In this document: piece by piece, positions 19,942 through 28,517 of the stretch
Layout of the letters: the number at the start of each line of letters is the position of its first letter
How positions within the stretch are numbered: the first letter of the stretch is position 1
From: an uncultured virus (IMG/VR IMGVR_UViG_3300022200_000021)
Lineage: Duplodnaviria; Heunggongvirae; Uroviricota; Caudoviricetes
DNA: 62,269 nucleotides
Direction: 5' to 3' (one strand)
IMG/VR virus record: IMGVR_UViG_3300022200_000021
Translations under genes and position numbers: made by a program
The notes under the pieces: model-generated
Told to the model about the DNA's origin: nothing
The model's input: the letters and a program-made list of their open reading frames with translations, nothing else
The model's database searches: none

Positions 19942-20427
19942 ATGAAAAGAAAAACTAAACTACATGAAGGTCTTGCAGATTTAGCAGGCGCAGTTGAACA
20001 AGATCATGAAGTGCAACTTGCAAGAGCAGAACTATATAAAATTGCAAAGTATGCAATTAAATTACATAATAAGTTAAAACATGTGTCTGAAGAAGAAGGG
20101 TTAGACGGATGGATGCAATCGTATATTACTCGAGCATCAGAAGCTATTAGTGATGTTTACCATCGACTTGATTACGAAGAACTAGATAATCAAGAAAATA
20201 TTAATATTTCTGATCTGCCATCATTAGAGTCTTCTAAACTGGAAACTAAAGATTACATGGCTTATCTACATAACCGATTAGATGAAAAGATAAAAAAATC
20301 TGACAGTGCCGGCGATGTAATTAAAGATTTTCAAAAATCTAAAAATCCCAAGTTTAAAGGTAAAACAAAAGAAGAACGTAAAAAAATGGCACTCGGTGCG
20401 TATTATGGAATGAAAAGGAAGAAATAA
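19942..20427 (+). CDS. Hypothetical protein, possibly head-packaged
   Basis: MKRKTKLHE N-terminus; basic C-terminal KSKNPKFKGKTKEERKKMALGAYYG. Confidence 0.6.
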   Translation: MKRKTKLHEGLADLAGAVEQDHEVQLARAELYKIAKYAIKLHNKLKHVSEEEGLDGWMQSYITRASEAISDVYHRLDYEELDNQENINISDLPSLESSKLETKDYMAYLHNRLDEKIKKSDSAGDVIKDFQKSKNPKFKGKTKEERKKMALGAYYGMKRKK

Positions 20428-20429
20428 AT

Positions 20430-20876
20430 ATGAAAATAATGGAACTTTTAACAGAAGGTGAGTTAACCGATATTGTAGGTAGAGCTACAGGTCTGGATAA
20501 AACTAGTGCATGGCAGAACTACAATACAGTTGGAGTACTAAAACCTGATCAACAAGAAAAAAAATCATCTAATTTAAAAGATCCTACTGCATTAAAAAAA
20601 GTGCAACAATATATTGCTACAGAAAAACCAAATATACAAAAATGTTTTAGTGATGCTGCATTACTTAAACGATTTAATGATTTAATGTTTTTAGCTGATC
20701 CTGCGTTAAAAACTCGTAGAGATATAGTATTAACACCCATAAGCCCGTCTAGTGTTACATTTAATTACAATAAATATATTAAAGTCTATAATAATGCTTT
20801 ACTAAAATGTTTAAGTAATCAAACATACAAAAATGAGTTTGTACAATTAATGAAGGATGCTAGTCGTGCTCCATGA
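20430..20876 (+). CDS. Hypothetical protein, possibly head-packaged
   Basis: MKIMELLTE N-terminus. Confidence 0.6.
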   Translation: MKIMELLTEGELTDIVGRATGLDKTSAWQNYNTVGVLKPDQQEKKSSNLKDPTALKKVQQYIATEKPNIQKCFSDAALLKRFNDLMFLADPALKTRRDIVLTPISPSSVTFNYNKYIKVYNNALLKCLSNQTYKNEFVQLMKDASRAP

Positions 20877-20952
20877 TGTATTATGACCTTAACTACATAT
20901 TTTAAAAACATTACTTCTGGAACAAAGTATATTATATTTTGTAACTTTCTAG

Positions 20953-20980
20953 TTGACATTATACATGTATTTGTTATAAT
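20953..20980 (+). promoter_or_regulatory. Sigma70-type promoter with extended -10
   Basis: TTGACA-N16-TATAAT with TGn before the -10 box; precedes the DsbA-like/polB genes. Confidence 0.7.
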
Positions 20981-21014
20981 ACTAGCTTATTTAACACAAC
21001 TACTGAGGAACACT

Positions 21015-21278
21015 ATGAGCGATCGTACATACGGTGCTGAAGAAAAAGCTAAATTAGAACGATTAGTTAAAGAAGGTGTAATTGTTTTACAAGAAATTGA
21101 AGATCTTAGAGAAGGCTTTAAAGATACCGTTAAAGCTGTTGCAGAAGAATTAGATATTAAACCATCTTTAATTAATAAAGCTATTAAAATTGCCAAAAAT
21201 AGAGATTGGGATAAACATTACGACCAATTTGAAGACTTGGAAACATTAGTTGCTACTGTTGGAGTAGACAAGCAATAA
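21015..21278 (+). CDS. dsDNA-binding protein, T4 DsbA/GapR-like
   Basis: Start reassigned to ATG 21015 (GAGGA RBS; the longer ORF runs through the promoter). EIEDLREGFKDTVKAVAEELDIKPSLINKAIK helical pattern. Confidence 0.6.
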   Translation: MSDRTYGAEEKAKLERLVKEGVIVLQEIEDLREGFKDTVKAVAEELDIKPSLINKAIKIAKNRDWDKHYDQFEDLETLVATVGVDKQ

Positions 21279-21357
21279 ATCCCACCCACCTATCCATGTT
21301 CTAGTACTACATTTAGCTTGGTACTAGAATATCAGTTACGTTAACCTATGAGGTTTT

Positions 21358-23529
21358 ATGTACATAGATGCATTTTTTGATAAAGAAGCCGACACTATAC
21401 GCATAGTAGAACGGCATAACGGCTCCCGTAAATTTGTTGATTATCCTGTGAAATATACGTTTTACTATGAAGATCAAAAGGGAAAATATAAGAGTATATA
21501 CAATACACCACTTTCAAGAATAGTATGTAAAAATACTAAAGATTTTAGAAAAGAACTAGCTATTAATAAAAATTCAGTACTTTATGAATCTGATATTAAT
21601 CCAATATTCCAAAATTTAAGCGAACACTATTTAAATCAGGATTCACCTAAGCTAAACATTGCATTTTTTGACATTGAAACAGACTTTGATCCAACTAAAG
21701 GTTATGCATCACCTAATGACCCGTTTATGCCAATTACTGCTATATCTGTATATTTGCAATGGTTAGATACAATGGTATGTTTAGCTGTACCACCAAAAAC
21801 CTTAACAATGGAGCAAGCTGCTGAAGAAGTTAAAGACATCAACGGTGTAATATTATATAATTCTGAAGCAGAAATGTTAGATTCATTTTTAACTTTAATT
21901 GAAGATGCCGATGTGCTTTCAGGATGGAACTCTGAAAGTTTTGATATTCCATATACGGTTAATCGGGTAGCAAAAGCATTGAGCAAAGACGATACTCGAC
22001 GATTCTGTTTATGGAATCAACTTCCTAAAAAACGAGAATTTGAAAGATATGGCAAAATTTCAAAAACGTATGATCTTGTTGGAAGGATTCATTTAGATTC
22101 TTTAGAACTTTATAGAAAGTATACATACGAAGAAAGACATTCGTATCGATTAGACGCAATTGGGGAATTAGAAGTTAATGAAACTAAAGTTCCATACGAT
22201 GGAACTTTAGACCAATTATATAATAATGATTTTAAAAAGTTTATCGAATATAATATCCAAGATACTGTGTTATTGAATAAACTTGATAAAAAACTTAAAT
22301 TTATAGATTTAACAAACGAACTTGCTCACGCAAATACCGTATTACTTCAGACTACAATGGGAGCAGTAGCTGTAACAGAACAAGCTATTATTAACGAAGC
22401 GCACGAACGTGGACTACAAGTACCAAATAGATCTCCAAAATCGGAACAAGCAGTGCAAGCAGCAGGTGCATATGTAGCTTATCCTAAAAAAGGATTCCAC
22501 AAATGGATAGGATCGATGGACTTAAATTCACTGTATCCTAGCGTTATTAGAGCATTAAATATGGCTCCTGAAACTATTGTAGGTCAATTAAGGCAGGACT
22601 ATACTGAGCAAATGTTGCATGAAGAAGTTGTATTAAACAAAAAAAAGTTCGCAACAGCATGGGAAGGCCGATTTAGTAGTTTAGAATATGAAGCTGTAAT
22701 GGACAAAAGAAAAGATCTAGCTATTACAATTGACTGGACTAATGGTAAATCCGATACATTTAGTGGTGCTGAAATATATAAATTCATATTTGAAAGTAAT
22801 GTACCATGGATGCTTTCTGCAAATGGAACAATATTTACTACTGAATTTGAAGGTGTTATTCCAGGTTTGTTAAAACGATGGTATGCTGAAAGGAAAGAGC
22901 TTCAAGCTAAAAAGAAAAAAGCAGATCAAGCAGGAAACACGTTAGAAGCTGCATTTTGGGATAAACGACAACTTGTAAAGAAAATTAACTTAAACAGTCT
23001 TTATGGAGCTATATTAAATCAAGGCTGTCGATTTTTTGATAAACGTATAGGGCAATCCACTACATTAACAGGTAGAAGCATTGTTCGTCATATGAGTGCA
23101 GAAGTTAATAAGATAATTTCAGGTGATTATGACCATGTCGGCAAAGCAGTTATATATGGTGACTCTGTTATAGGTGATACTATATTAAACACGAACAAAG
23201 GAGATATGCCTATATCAGACTTGTTTGATCAAATTCAGTATAAAGTAGAACAAGATAATGGCAAGGAATATGCTATTCCTACAGAAGCACAGCATGATCT
23301 AAAAGTATTAGGATATAATGCACACGAAGATGAGGCTGTATTTGGTGAGATTGCGTATGTTATGCGACATAAAACATCTAAACAATTATACAAGGTTACA
23401 ATGGAAGACGGTAGCTCTGTGACTGTTACAGAAGATCATAGTTTAATAGTTGATAGAGATGGGGTTACAGTCGAAGTTAAACCTACAGAGTTAGAAGATA
23501 ATGATTTGATTATCTCTATAGATTCTTAA
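21358..23529 (+). CDS. Family B DNA polymerase, N-terminal part fused to split-intein N fragment
   Basis: ExoI FFDIETD, ExoII GWNSESFDIPY, motif A DLNSLYPS, motif B KINLNSLYG. Motif C is cut after YGD and followed by 121 aa of intein. Confidence 0.95.
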   Translation: MYIDAFFDKEADTIRIVERHNGSRKFVDYPVKYTFYYEDQKGKYKSIYNTPLSRIVCKNTKDFRKELAINKNSVLYESDINPIFQNLSEHYLNQDSPKLNIAFFDIETDFDPTKGYASPNDPFMPITAISVYLQWLDTMVCLAVPPKTLTMEQAAEEVKDINGVILYNSEAEMLDSFLTLIEDADVLSGWNSESFDIPYTVNRVAKALSKDDTRRFCLWNQLPKKREFERYGKISKTYDLVGRIHLDSLELYRKYTYEERHSYRLDAIGELEVNETKVPYDGTLDQLYNNDFKKFIEYNIQDTVLLNKLDKKLKFIDLTNELAHANTVLLQTTMGAVAVTEQAIINEAHERGLQVPNRSPKSEQAVQAAGAYVAYPKKGFHKWIGSMDLNSLYPSVIRALNMAPETIVGQLRQDYTEQMLHEEVVLNKKKFATAWEGRFSSLEYEAVMDKRKDLAITIDWTNGKSDTFSGAEIYKFIFESNVPWMLSANGTIFTTEFEGVIPGLLKRWYAERKELQAKKKKADQAGNTLEAAFWDKRQLVKKINLNSLYGAILNQGCRFFDKRIGQSTTLTGRSIVRHMSAEVNKIISGDYDHVGKAVIYGDSVIGDTILNTNKGDMPISDLFDQIQYKVEQDNGKEYAIPTEAQHDLKVLGYNAHEDEAVFGEIAYVMRHKTSKQLYKVTMEDGSSVTVTEDHSLIVDRDGVTVEVKPTELEDNDLIISIDS
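23164..23526 (+). mobile_element. Split intein, N fragment (121 aa, Ser1)
   Basis: Block A SVIGDTIL directly after YGD; block B VTVTEDHSLIV (TxxH); ends at a stop codon. Confidence 0.92.
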
Positions 23530-23571
23530 TTTTCTTTATATCTTTGGCTTTTTTAACTTGATTAGGAGTAA

Positions 23572-23748
23572 GGTTATTATCATAGACAGGCAAATTTACT
23601 TGCTAGAGATATTTGGCAAAAAGATAAAGAAAAAATTAACGCATTATTATTTGAAAGAAATATTCCTACTTTAGTAATTTGGGAATCAGAATTTAAGAAT
23701 AATATGCATGAAACTATACAAAGGTGTGTTAAATGGCTGAAACAATAA
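23572..23748 (+). pseudogene. C-terminal remnant of a Vsr-like homing endonuclease
   Basis: Start-less frame GYYHRQANLLARDIWQKDKEKINALLFERNIPTLVIWESEFKNNMHETIQRCVKWLKQ*. The IW.KD..K...L.....LVIWESE pattern is Vsr/DUF559-like. Confidence 0.75.
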
Positions 23749-23861
23749 GACAACGAGTTAAAAGTGTAGAAAAATTAGATACTACAGAGGATTATGTTTA
23801 TGATGTATCGATAGCTAATCAAGATCCATTCTTTTTTGCAAATGGATCACTTGTACACAAT
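23733..23861 (+). mobile_element. Split intein, C fragment (43 aa, His-Asn end, Thr+1)
   Basis: Block F YVYDVSI, FFANG and block G LVHN/T. Confidence 0.92.
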
Positions 23862-24719
23862 ACCGACTCTGTGTATTTTTCCGCATTTCCATTATTTGAA
23901 AACGAAATAAACAACGGTACGTTACCCTGGGATAAAGAAAAAGTTGTTGTATTATATGATCAAATATGCGAACAAGCTAATTCTTCATTTCCAAAATTTA
24001 TGGAAAAAGCATTTCATTGTGGGAAAGCAAGATCGGATGTTATTGCTGCAGGTAGAGAGATTGTTGCATTAAGTGGATTATACATCACAAAAAAACGATA
24101 TGCTGCATTAGTATACGATGAAGAAGGGAAGCGTAAAGATGTAGATGGTAAGCCAGGTAAAGTTAAGGCTATGGGGTTAGATTTACGTAGATCAGATACT
24201 CCCGACTATATGCAAGAATTTTTAATGAAAATTTTATTAATGGTTTTACAAGAATCATCTGAAGAAGATATATTGGAACAAATTACTGTTTTTAGAAAGA
24301 AATTTAAAGACATGCCTGGATGGGATAAAGGTACTCCTAAACGTGCTAACAATGTAGCTCACTATAAAGAATTAGAAGAACGATTAGGGAAAGCTAATAT
24401 GCCAGGGCATATTAGAGCTTCATTGAACTGGAACTCACTACGTAGAGCAAATAGCGACAAACATTCAATGGAAATTGTTGATGGAATGAAAGTTATTGTT
24501 TGCAAGCTTAGATCAAACCCATTAGGGTGGACTTCTATTGCATATCCAACTGACGAACTACGATTACCAGAATGGTTTAAAGAATTGCCATTTGACGACG
24601 ATGCAATGTCTGAAACTATTATAGATAACAAGATCTCTAACTTAATTGGAGTACTGAATTACGATATCGATTCAACTAAACGAGATAATCACTTTAATGA
24701 TTTATTTGATTTTTCATAA
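23733..24719 (+). CDS. Split-intein C fragment fused to the C-terminal part of family B DNA polymerase
   Basis: 43-aa intein C part ending VHN, then TDSVYF (rest of motif C), KKRYA and KAMGLD; RBS AAGGTG. Confidence 0.95.
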   Translation: MAETIRQRVKSVEKLDTTEDYVYDVSIANQDPFFFANGSLVHNTDSVYFSAFPLFENEINNGTLPWDKEKVVVLYDQICEQANSSFPKFMEKAFHCGKARSDVIAAGREIVALSGLYITKKRYAALVYDEEGKRKDVDGKPGKVKAMGLDLRRSDTPDYMQEFLMKILLMVLQESSEEDILEQITVFRKKFKDMPGWDKGTPKRANNVAHYKELEERLGKANMPGHIRASLNWNSLRRANSDKHSMEIVDGMKVIVCKLRSNPLGWTSIAYPTDELRLPEWFKELPFDDDAMSETIIDNKISNLIGVLNYDIDSTKRDNHFNDLFDFS

Positions 24720-24739
24720 TAAATCTTGTATAATAAATA
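24706..24739 (+). promoter_or_regulatory. Overlapping sigma70-like and late-type promoter motifs
   Basis: TTGATT-N17-TATAAT (24706-24734) overlaps AATAAATA (24732-24739). Confidence 0.45.
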
Positions 24740-24770
24740 CAAATCTAATAACTTCTTATAAAGGAACATC

Positions 24771-25502
24771 ATGAAAGACATTTTAACTGACATCGTCGAA
24801 CACACTCATTCTTTAGGTTTTATCAACTTACTTAAAGTTTCAACTAATGAAACAGAAACTACAATCGAGTCGTTATCAGATGATAAATCTGTAGTACTGT
24901 TTGGAAATACTAAATCACCGGTTTCCGAATTTAGCGGTGTGTTTGGAATGTCTAATTTAGATAAATTAAATCTACATTTAAAAAATCCAGAATATCAAGA
25001 AAATGCAATTATTGACGTAATAAATGATACTAGAAATAACGAAGTAGTTCCGGTTCATATTCATTTTAGCAATGAATTAGGAGATTTTGAGAATACGTAT
25101 CGTTTTATGAATAAAGTAATTATTGAAGAAAAAATGAAAAGTGTACGATTTAAAGGAGCAAAATGGAATGTTACCTTTGAACCGGCAATTTCTGCTGTTT
25201 CAAGATTGCGTTTACAAAGAGCTGCACATTCTGAAGAAACATTATTTAATGTAAAAACTGTAAACAACAATTTAATTTTTAGTTTCGGTGATGCATCAAG
25301 TCATGAAGGATCGTTTGTGTTTCATAATAATGTTTCAGGTACATTATCGCACGTATGTAGCTGGCCAATTAACAACGTATTAAGTATTCTTAATCTAAAT
25401 GGAGATATTACTATGAGCATTTCTGATCAAGGAGCAATGCAAATATCAGTTGACTCTGGATTAGCAGTATATAATTATATCTTACCTTCTCAAACTAAAT
25501 AG
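24771..25502 (+). CDS. Putative sliding clamp (gp45/PCNA-like)
   Basis: 243 aa alpha/beta pattern ending YNYILP; directly after polB, with a clamp loader in the window. Family inferred mainly from size and context. Confidence 0.6.
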   Translation: MKDILTDIVEHTHSLGFINLLKVSTNETETTIESLSDDKSVVLFGNTKSPVSEFSGVFGMSNLDKLNLHLKNPEYQENAIIDVINDTRNNEVVPVHIHFSNELGDFENTYRFMNKVIIEEKMKSVRFKGAKWNVTFEPAISAVSRLRLQRAAHSEETLFNVKTVNNNLIFSFGDASSHEGSFVFHNNVSGTLSHVCSWPINNVLSILNLNGDITMSISDQGAMQISVDSGLAVYNYILPSQTK

Positions 25503-25509
25503 TCTACTT

Positions 25510-25535
25510 ATTATGGGGGATTGCTCCCCCATAAT
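25510..25535 (+). terminator. GC-rich hairpin, probable terminator
   Basis: attatggggga-ttgc-tcccccataat. Confidence 0.7.
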
Positions 25536-25551
25536 TAATAATTTTACACAC

Positions 25552-25827
25552 GATTGCAACATTAATCTTAAAAAATCAAAACGTAAATATGATCAAGATT
25601 TTGTTGATATGTTTTTTAGAACAATATATTAAAATGTATAGCATTATTCTGACTCAAATTACTTTTATTTCAATTGTAATACTCCAGAAAAATGTATTCT
25701 AGAATACAAATTAAAAGATATTTTTAGTAACTTTGATGAAATGTTAACTAAGTGGGGGGACATGCAAAATAATAACTATGATCGTATATGGGATTGTGAA
25801 AACTAAGGTTTCGGATGGAAAGAATGA
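25552..25827 (+). pseudogene. Decayed C-terminus of a Hef-like phage homing endonuclease
   Basis: One frame with internal stops reads ...HYSDSNYFYF...YKLKDIFSNFDEMLTKWGDMQNNNYDRIWDCEN*GFGWKE*. It matches the NYxYF...KL..FD..LTEWENM..NGYDRIWDCG tail recalled for that family. Confidence 0.65.
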
Positions 25828-27362
25828 ATACAAATTTAACATATGAACAAAAAGATTATGCTGTTTTTTTACCTGCAATCAGCGGGTTTTTTGCAGCATT
25901 TATTGGTAGACAACGAAATAACAGTAATTATATTCCTGCTACTAGATTACCACCTAGTTTAACACATGGAGTTGAAAGTCTTAATTATTTAAATCCAACT
26001 CAAGGACAATTTAAATATAAATGGTCATTATATTCAGCAGGTCATGCTGATTTAAATGTTACAAAGTATGTAATAAAGGAAGATATGGTCAGAAATCGTG
26101 ATCGTGATAATAGTTGGTTACTAGGTGACTCGGGTGGATTCCAAATAGGGAAAGGTGTTTGGGAAGGTGACTGGAAAAATCCAGCTTGTCCGAAAGCACA
26201 AAAGAAACGCGAACAAGTTTTAACTTGGATGGATGCGTTTATGGATTATGGAATGATTTTAGATATCCCTGCATGGGTATGTAGATCTCCTGCAGGACGA
26301 GATGCTACTGGAATTACATCTTATGAAGATGCAGTTCAAGGTACTTACATTAATAACGATTGGTTTATACATCACCGCAACGGTAATTGTAAATTCCTAA
26401 ATGTACTTCAAGGTGAAAATCATACTGAAGCACACGATTGGTACAAACGAATGAAACATTATTGTGATCCAAATCAATTTCCAGAAACTCATTTTAATGG
26501 ATGGGCAATGGGTGGACAAAATATGTGTGATATTCATTTAGTGTTGCATAGGATAGTTGAAATAATTCATGATGGATTATTAGAAGAAGGTATCCATGAT
26601 TTTATGCATTTTTTAGGCACTTCGCGATTGGAATGGGCTGTTATGCTAACTGATATTCAACGTGCAGTACGAAAATACCATAATCCCAAGTTTACAATTA
26701 CATTCGACTGTGCAAGTCCGTTTTTAGCATCTGCTAATGGACAAATTTATACTCAATATGAAATCGACGATAGAAGCAAATGGGTTTATCGGATGGTACC
26801 AGGTATAGATGATCGTAAATATCATGCTGATACTCGTAATTTTAGGCAAGCAATGCTTCAAGATGGGTTTTTTAGTCGATTTGACGATTCGCCGATAACT
26901 GCTGGGTTAAAAATAAATGATATTTGTTTTTATGCACCTGGGCAAATAAATAAAGTTGGTAAAATGAGTGTAACTTCATGGGATGGATTTGCATATGCTA
27001 TGCAAATGTGCCATAACGTATGGGCTCATGTTAATGCTGTTCAGGAAGCAAATCGTCGGTATGATACCGGTATAATTCCCAATATGCTAGTAAAAGAAAA
27101 TTTTAATCGAATTTTATTTAGAGATTTAGTAGATGAAATCTTTTCGTGTAAAGACAGAGATACATCAATTAAAACTATTGAAAAGTATAGTAAATTTTGG
27201 ATGCAAATTATAGGAACCCGTGGAACTGTTGGGAAAAGAACTATAAATTCGTCCACAAATTACAGTTTATTTTTTGAAGAAGTAGATCAATCTGAAGAAA
27301 CTGATTTTTCAGAAGACCAAGAACATAACTTAGAGATTTTAGAAAATGAAGAGAACATATAA
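25824..27362 (+). CDS. dpdA: DpdA-like DNA 7-deazaguanine transglycosylase (TGT fold)
   Basis: DSGGFQ, MILDIP, LNVLQG, GWAMGG, HFLG and FDCASP motifs; clustered with folE, queE and a queD paralog. Start is 25824 or 25815. Confidence 0.8.
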   Translation: MNTNLTYEQKDYAVFLPAISGFFAAFIGRQRNNSNYIPATRLPPSLTHGVESLNYLNPTQGQFKYKWSLYSAGHADLNVTKYVIKEDMVRNRDRDNSWLLGDSGGFQIGKGVWEGDWKNPACPKAQKKREQVLTWMDAFMDYGMILDIPAWVCRSPAGRDATGITSYEDAVQGTYINNDWFIHHRNGNCKFLNVLQGENHTEAHDWYKRMKHYCDPNQFPETHFNGWAMGGQNMCDIHLVLHRIVEIIHDGLLEEGIHDFMHFLGTSRLEWAVMLTDIQRAVRKYHNPKFTITFDCASPFLASANGQIYTQYEIDDRSKWVYRMVPGIDDRKYHADTRNFRQAMLQDGFFSRFDDSPITAGLKINDICFYAPGQINKVGKMSVTSWDGFAYAMQMCHNVWAHVNAVQEANRRYDTGIIPNMLVKENFNRILFRDLVDEIFSCKDRDTSIKTIEKYSKFWMQIIGTRGTVGKRTINSSTNYSLFFEEVDQSEETDFSEDQEHNLEILENEENI

Positions 27363-27867
27363 TTCAAATAACACAGTTAATAATGCTACGTTTTTTACTG
27401 GATACGAAGTTGAAAAAACTCCAGCATATAATCAAAAAACTTTATTTATTGTAGGAATACAATCATTTTCAGATATTGTACATTACATGGAGGACAATTC
27501 GTGTACTCATCTATTTTTCGGTGCTAATCATAGTTTTAATCCAACATCTAGTGATGATTATTTAGAGTGGGAAACTATGATTCGTTATTTTTTAGAAAAA
27601 GATATTTTGTGTAGTTTAGACATTCATGTATCGCATGCAGCAGACTTTTTAGAAGGTGGATTATGTGAATGGGATAACTTTATTCCACAAATAAGAGTTC
27701 CTATTCCATATGTATCTCACTGGAATTATAATACCATGATTAAAATTGATGATAGAAATTTTAAAGAATCTAATCCAGGTGTATGGTGCCACTCTTTACA
27801 TTCGTTGCTTCCTAGAGAAAAATTTACATCTTGGTCTGAATATTCTAATGACACAGTGATATATTAA
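27346..27867 (+). CDS. Uncharacterised protein in the deazaguanine cluster
   Basis: 173 aa overlapping the dpdA stop; motifs EVEKTPA, FFGANHSF and KIDD...NPGVWCH. Confidence 0.7.
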   Translation: MKRTYNSNNTVNNATFFTGYEVEKTPAYNQKTLFIVGIQSFSDIVHYMEDNSCTHLFFGANHSFNPTSSDDYLEWETMIRYFLEKDILCSLDIHVSHAADFLEGGLCEWDNFIPQIRVPIPYVSHWNYNTMIKIDDRNFKESNPGVWCHSLHSLLPREKFTSWSEYSNDTVIY

Positions 27868-27869
27868 GT

Positions 27870-28235
27870 ATGAGTGCAAAAATAAAACAATTTATAAAAG
27901 TTCGAACAGAATTTGAAGGATTTCATTGTTACCCAGATGCTGGGAAAATTGATCCTAAAATTTCATTTTTAGAAAACATGCATAGACATATTTTTAAAGT
28001 TAGCGTCAAAATATCTGTTACACACTTAGATAGAGAATTGGAATTTTTCTTAGTAAAATGGAATTTAAATAACTTTCTAAAAAATCAAGAGCTAAATACT
28101 CACAGTTGTGAATCAATTGCAACTATTATATTAAACAATTTTTTATTAACTACATACGGCTCTTCAAGAGATTACATTGTAGTAGTTTCAGAAGATGGAG
28201 AGTCAGATGGTATAATCGAATATTATCACGAGTAA
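27870..28235 (+). CDS. QueD/PTPS paralog (T-fold) with LxxxHRHxF motif, DpdL-like
   Basis: FEGFHCYP, LENMHRHIF, DRELEF, SCESIA and VSEDGE. Lacks the CxxxHGH motif of true QueD. Confidence 0.75.
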   Translation: MSAKIKQFIKVRTEFEGFHCYPDAGKIDPKISFLENMHRHIFKVSVKISVTHLDRELEFFLVKWNLNNFLKNQELNTHSCESIATIILNNFLLTTYGSSRDYIVVVSEDGESDGIIEYYHE

Positions 28236-28261
28236 TATCATCTAAGAAATAAGGAAAACTA

Positions 28262-28465
28262 ATGAATAATGTACCTAACATTGATCAAATTTTTGACGAT
28301 CTTGATAAATTTAGAGATTACTGTCGGTTTGAAGGTAAAGTATTTGATGAAAAGGACTTATACAGTCACGGTGCACCGGTGTGGGAAGCATATAAGAAAT
28401 ATCGAGGATATCTAAGAGCAAAAGCTCGCGCAGATTTCCGAAATAAAGATACCCGACGCCGTTAA
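28262..28465 (+). CDS. Hypothetical protein
   Basis: 67 aa; RBS AAGGA; IFDDLDKFRDYCRFEG. Confidence 0.65.
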   Translation: MNNVPNIDQIFDDLDKFRDYCRFEGKVFDEKDLYSHGAPVWEAYKKYRGYLRAKARADFRNKDTRRR

Positions 28466-28478
28466 TTTTAACTCATTA

Positions 28479-28504
28479 ATTGCCTAGTATTTGTACTAGG
28501 CAAT
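28479..28504. terminator. Hairpin upstream of the glycosyltransferase
   Basis: attgcctagta-tttg-tactaggcaat, 11-bp stem, weak U tract. Confidence 0.5.
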
Positions 28505-28517
28505 ATAATTCAAAATT

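Noticed and set aside
20883..21014. N-terminal extension of the 131-aa ORF as a membrane segment
   Set aside because: It runs through a consensus sigma70 promoter. The RBS-supported start is 21015.
23530..23732. Group I intron, frameshift or ribosomal bypass joining the polB halves
   Set aside because: No recognisable intron core and several stops. The downstream ORF has its own RBS and ATG, and both sides carry complementary intein blocks, so protein trans-splicing explains it.
25824..27362. Ordinary tRNA-guanine transglycosylase (tgt)
   Set aside because: Longer and divergent, lacking the CxCxxC zinc motif of bacterial Tgt. Phage context with folE and queE favours a DNA-acting DpdA, although tRNA activity is not formally excluded.
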